From positions 434,001-498,000 of the forward strand of contig NIVC01001022.1 of assembly GCA_002269645.1 (NCBI GenBank): a stretch of 64,000 nt of DNA. The letters are read 5' to 3'. Within the stretch, counting starts at the first letter, position 1; each line of letters opens with the position of its first letter. This document shows, piece after piece, positions 60,211 through 64,000 of the stretch. The position numbers were made by a program, and so were the translations under genes. Source of the DNA: Macrostomum lignano (Eukaryota). Under the pieces are notes generated by a model that was given only the letters and a program-made list of their open reading frames with translations, was not told where the DNA came from and did no database searches.

Positions 60211-62323
60211 ATGCATGAAGCCACCGCACGTAAACGCACCGCAGCAAAACAGAAAGCCGACATGCCGGTCAAACGACACCGCCCAAGTGTAAAAAAGGTG
60301 GCGGCCAAGGTCTCTTTGGTGGCTTGCAAGAAAGGGACGGCTGCAAGGGAGACCCAACCGCCAGATTCTGCGGCTACTGTTCTGCAGGCTGGCTTGACGG
60401 CTACAGGTGACACCCAACCGCCAGATGCTACAGCTACTGCACTGCAGGCTGAGGTGACGACTGCAGGTGACAACCAACCGCCAGGTGCTACAGCTACTGC
60501 ACTGCAGGCTGAGGTGACGACTGCAGGTGACACCCAACCGCCAGGTGCTACAGCTACTGCACTGCAGGCTGAGGTGACGACTGCAGGTGACACCCAACCG
60601 CCGGATGCTGCGACTACTGCACTGCAGGCTGAGGTGACGACTGCAGGTGACTCCCAACCGCCGGATGCTGCGACTACTGCTCTGCAGGCTGGCGCAACAG
60701 CTGCAGGTTGCAATCCGTCGCCTGATATGGTGCCGTACAAAGCAGAGAGGACGCAGCGGTACTTCCTTTTTCAATATGACGACTATCTTGACAAGACCCA
60801 AGTTGTCGGCACTGATGGATCCACGGCAGCACCGCTTATTGTTGCCGTTGCGCGGGAATCGGCTATTCCCGTACAAGTAGGCTGTCGCGTCTGCATTGTC
60901 ACGGCGAAGACCAACCGAAAGACCGCAAAGCGATACCCAGGGAGGCTTGTACGGGGACCATTTTCTAATAAAGCCGAAGCCTCTGGAGCCGCAAGCTTGA
61001 CTAACGTCCACGCTCAGCCGACGGAGCTCCCCCGAGCTTGCGTGTCCTGCAAAGGACTCCTTCTCGAGTTGCAAAGGGCCAAGACACTCACTAATGCACA
61101 AGGTGAGTATACAGAGGTTCTGCCGTAGTGCATGTGTACATGTTAGCATACATACATACATACATACATGTTTTGTTTGTATACATATACGTACATCCGG
61201 TCATTGGTAGTCTAGGGTATTGAATAAACCAATATTTCAGGTTCCGAGGTTCGGGCAGCCCGCGTCACTGAAGCCCAATTGCGAGAAGAGATAAAAGTTC
61301 TGCAGCAGAAGGCAGTCGTGGCACAGAAGATGGAAGCAAAGCTCTTGCGACAATTAGATCAGGAACGTACGAAGTTCACCAACCTGGAACGGAATGTAAA
61401 GACTGCTAACGCGCTAATCGTTCGGGCCTCACAGTGTATGGTGCCACAGTCTGCAGACGCAGCAGCGATCCCAGCTTCTGGCTGCCAGCCAGGTCCAGTG
61501 GAGTCGGACAGCACGGCTTCTGACGCTGGCGATGACGCGCTGGCGGACCCCGGAGGTGGCGCCTTTGATGCTAATTGCGAGCTGTCGGCGTCCCAGACTC
61601 GCCAGTTACTGCTCACCTGTAACAAGGCGGGTCCATCGTCGGCTAGTCTGCTGTCAGGTGGCACAGTGTCACTGTCCGACAAGCAACCGTATCTAAAAAC
61701 GTCGGTGCAGCTCCGATCCGAACTGGACAGCCGCCTAGCCGACCTGCAAAAGGCGATGATGGAAGGCGTCGATCTCGATGAGCGCGACGAGACTGAGCTT
61801 CAGGGCCATTTTTACTGACACCGAGCTGGCGAACAGTAGCCTGTCAGGTCGCAAGGCTTGCGGCTACATCTCAGTGCCGGCAAATCCCGGAAAGCTAGCC
61901 GCCGCCAAGCAGTGGCTTGCCAATGCTGCCGTGCAGTACACTTCTGCAGAGCTGCAGCGCGCGTTTACGCGCTGCGGTGAAACTGCACGGGAAAGACTGG
62001 GGATGCCAAAGCGCACCCGTGGCACACTAAACGGTCGGCCTGGTACAAAGACTGCCAAGCCACGGCGAGGCGGCTCTGCCCAATCAGGGCCAGGCAGCTC
62101 GGCTAAACGGGGGACAGGCAGACACGAAGACGTGGGTACGATTGTGCGCATAATCGGACCGACGAGTGAGGCGGAAGAAGTCGCCGCTGACTCGGACAAT
62201 GCCCCCGCTAGCGCGATCTTTGACCAGGCCAGAGCTGTCTTCGCAGAGGTTGGGCCCACAAGTCAGCGTCCGGCCGGCGATGTGGACAATGCGGAAGATA
62301 TGCTACTTTCCCTGATGGGATAG
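60211..62323 (+). CDS. Transposon accessory protein (TnpA-like role inferred): basic N-terminus, 20-aa repeats, coiled coil and a probable C-terminal BEN domain. Exon 60211-61102, exon from 61241; join to the 61778-62323 frame unresolved
   Basis: Phase-1 junction G|GTGAGT ... TTTCAG|GT; BEN-like SATRLSFRAIFTDTELANSSLSG..ANPGKLAAAKQWL..ELQRAFTRCGETARE. Confidence 0.55.
60350..60700 (+). repeat. Coding 60-bp tandem repeat (QPPGATATALQAEVTTAGDT, 20 aa)
   Basis: About five to six in-frame units. Confidence 0.85.
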
Positions 62324-63235
62324 TAGGCTATATAGTCGTGGGCCAGTCGTTTTGTCGCAGACTATAGGATATAAGAGGGAGCCGTGTGCCATTGCCAGTG
62401 GCCGCGGCGTGGCGCGAATATGCTCATGACACTACTGCTTCTGCGACTGCAACTTAGCTATTGGTCACGAATCAAATATGTAGCGCCTAGGGGTCTTAAG
62501 AGCATGTGCTCGATTAGACAGTAGCATATCATTAGGACAAAAATTCCTCAAAAATTCTGCAGTATGTAAAGTGCACGATGTACCCATCGCCTGCAATCTG
62601 TACATCATGGTGGGTGTTTTAGAACAGTAACGTTACTTAACGTTACTAACGTGTACAGTAATCACTGTTCTGCAGATAGGTAATATCGCCCTCGGGTCTG
62701 CGTTTCTGGTTTTCTGTTGACACTTTCTGTTTCACTCCCAGTATGGAAAATGTATATGTCGCTATTTTTTCTGTTGTCCCCAATTTTATAAGTGAGTTTT
62801 TTTTTCTGCGCCTGTTTCTTCGTGTAGCTTGAAGTTTTTCTTCTGTGAAATTTCTAGTTTTTCTGCCTGGTACTAATTTGTAGCCGCCCAAAAGACAGTG
62901 TGTCGTCTCATTCTCCATTTCTCCTGATTTGTCCACCCAATGTGAGGTTTTGCCATTCTATTTTTGACTCAAGCATGTCTTGTGTATTTGCATTTTTAGC
63001 GACACGCAACTTTAAAAGTTATCTTCGGTTTCAATATATTCAGCTTCCACTACTCTATCCAGCACAGTGAATTAGAGGTTGGCCACCCTCTGTGCAAGTG
63101 CAATATACCTTGCTTTCTTTGAGGTGTTTCCAGCAATTTGTTTTCTTACGTTTTCAAAAGATTTCGTCTTGTTGTCAACCTTACTTAGTTCTTTAACATG
63201 TCATCTGCTTTACCATCCGGTAGACATGTGCATAT

Positions 63236-63605
63236 ATTTGATCTGGCATTCATCCGGAATTTCGTCCGGTTTCTCATCCGGTGGAGGCGTGCATACATTT
63301 GATCCGGCATTCATCCGGAATTTCGTCCGGTTTCTCATCCGGTGGAGGCGTGCATACATTTGATCCGGCATTCATCCGGAATTTCGTCCGGTTTCTCATC
63401 CGGTGGAGGCGTGCATACATTTGATCCGGCATTCATCCGGAATTTCGTCCGGTTTCTCATCCGGTGGAGGCGTGCATACATTTGATCCGGCATTCATCCG
63501 GAACTTCGTCCGGTTTCTCATCCGGTGGAGGCGTGCATACATTTGATCCGGCATTCATCCGGAATTCGTCCGGTTTCTCATCCGGTGGAGGCGTGCATAC
63601 ATTTC
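63236..63605. repeat. 59-bp tandem repeat in the right subterminal region of the EnSpm-like element
   Basis: TTTGATCCGGCATTCATCCGGAATTTCGTCCGGTTTCTCATCCGGTGGAGGCGTGCATACA, about six copies with four CCGG per unit. Confidence 0.9.
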
Positions 63606-64000
63606 GTCCGGATTCGCTCCGGAATTTGCTCCGCCCTGTTCTCCGCGGCTTTCCGGATAGCTTCCCGGATGAATTTCCGGACTAATGTTGGTTGAACACC
63701 CGGATGAAAGGTCAAATATGCATGTTTTCATCCTGTTTGTAAACTTTTCATCCGGCTCTCATCCGGTTTTTAAATGGGACATTTGTATTACGTACCGGAT
63801 GAAATTCCGGATGTCGCTCCGGATGAAAACCGGATTACGACAGCCAGGCGGGGACAAATTTCATGAAGTTTGAAATCATGAAATCCACCCCTGGGCCTCC
63901 CCCCTCGAGAGATTAAAAATAAAGATTTTGTCTATGATCTATAGAGTTTTAGTTGATGAATATGTTATCTCAATGGCCAATTTTACGAAGCACTTACCAC

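Larger units (their letters stand above)
52761..63852 (+). mobile_element. CMC/EnSpm (CACTA-like, animal CCC-terminal type) DNA transposon, ~11.1 kb including a nested mariner
   Basis: 34-bp TIRs CCCGCCTGGCTGTCGTAATCCGGTTTTCATCCGG (from 52761) and reverse complement ending at 63852; 2-bp TSD GA (52759-52760, 63853-63854); CCGG-rich subterminal repeats at both ends; Tnp2-type transposase inside. Confidence 0.9.

Overview
Eukaryotic genomic DNA, invertebrate-like: GT-AG introns, GC-rich exons with Ala/Gln runs and very dense intronic minisatellites. This resembles a free-living flatworm such as Macrostomum, but that is inference only. Host genes: 3' part of a ROCO-type COR-Death-TIR gene ending in a CaaX box (+); an intronless tandem double-SET gene; a disrupted Mab-21/cGAS-like nucleotidyltransferase; a large coiled-coil gene; an orphan Q-rich gene (+); two TLC-domain (TLCD4/TMEM56-like) paralogs; an XK-related gene; a 6-exon TUBGCP6; and the last exon of a SERINC gene. 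Mobile DNA: a solo LTR, a 5'-truncated LOA-type LINE with a 13-bp TSD, tRNA-derived SINEs, a foldback MITE, two mariners, and an ~11.1-kb CMC/EnSpm-type DNA transposon (52761-63852; 34-bp TIRs, GA TSD). The standout is that transposon's cargo. Besides a spliced Tnp2-type transposase and a probable BEN-domain ORF, it carries a stand-alone 221-aa ORF with a CtIP/Sae2 C-terminal domain (CxxC + RHR), and Ala appears to replace the CDK-site Thr. All family calls come from motif recognition by eye; no database searches were run.
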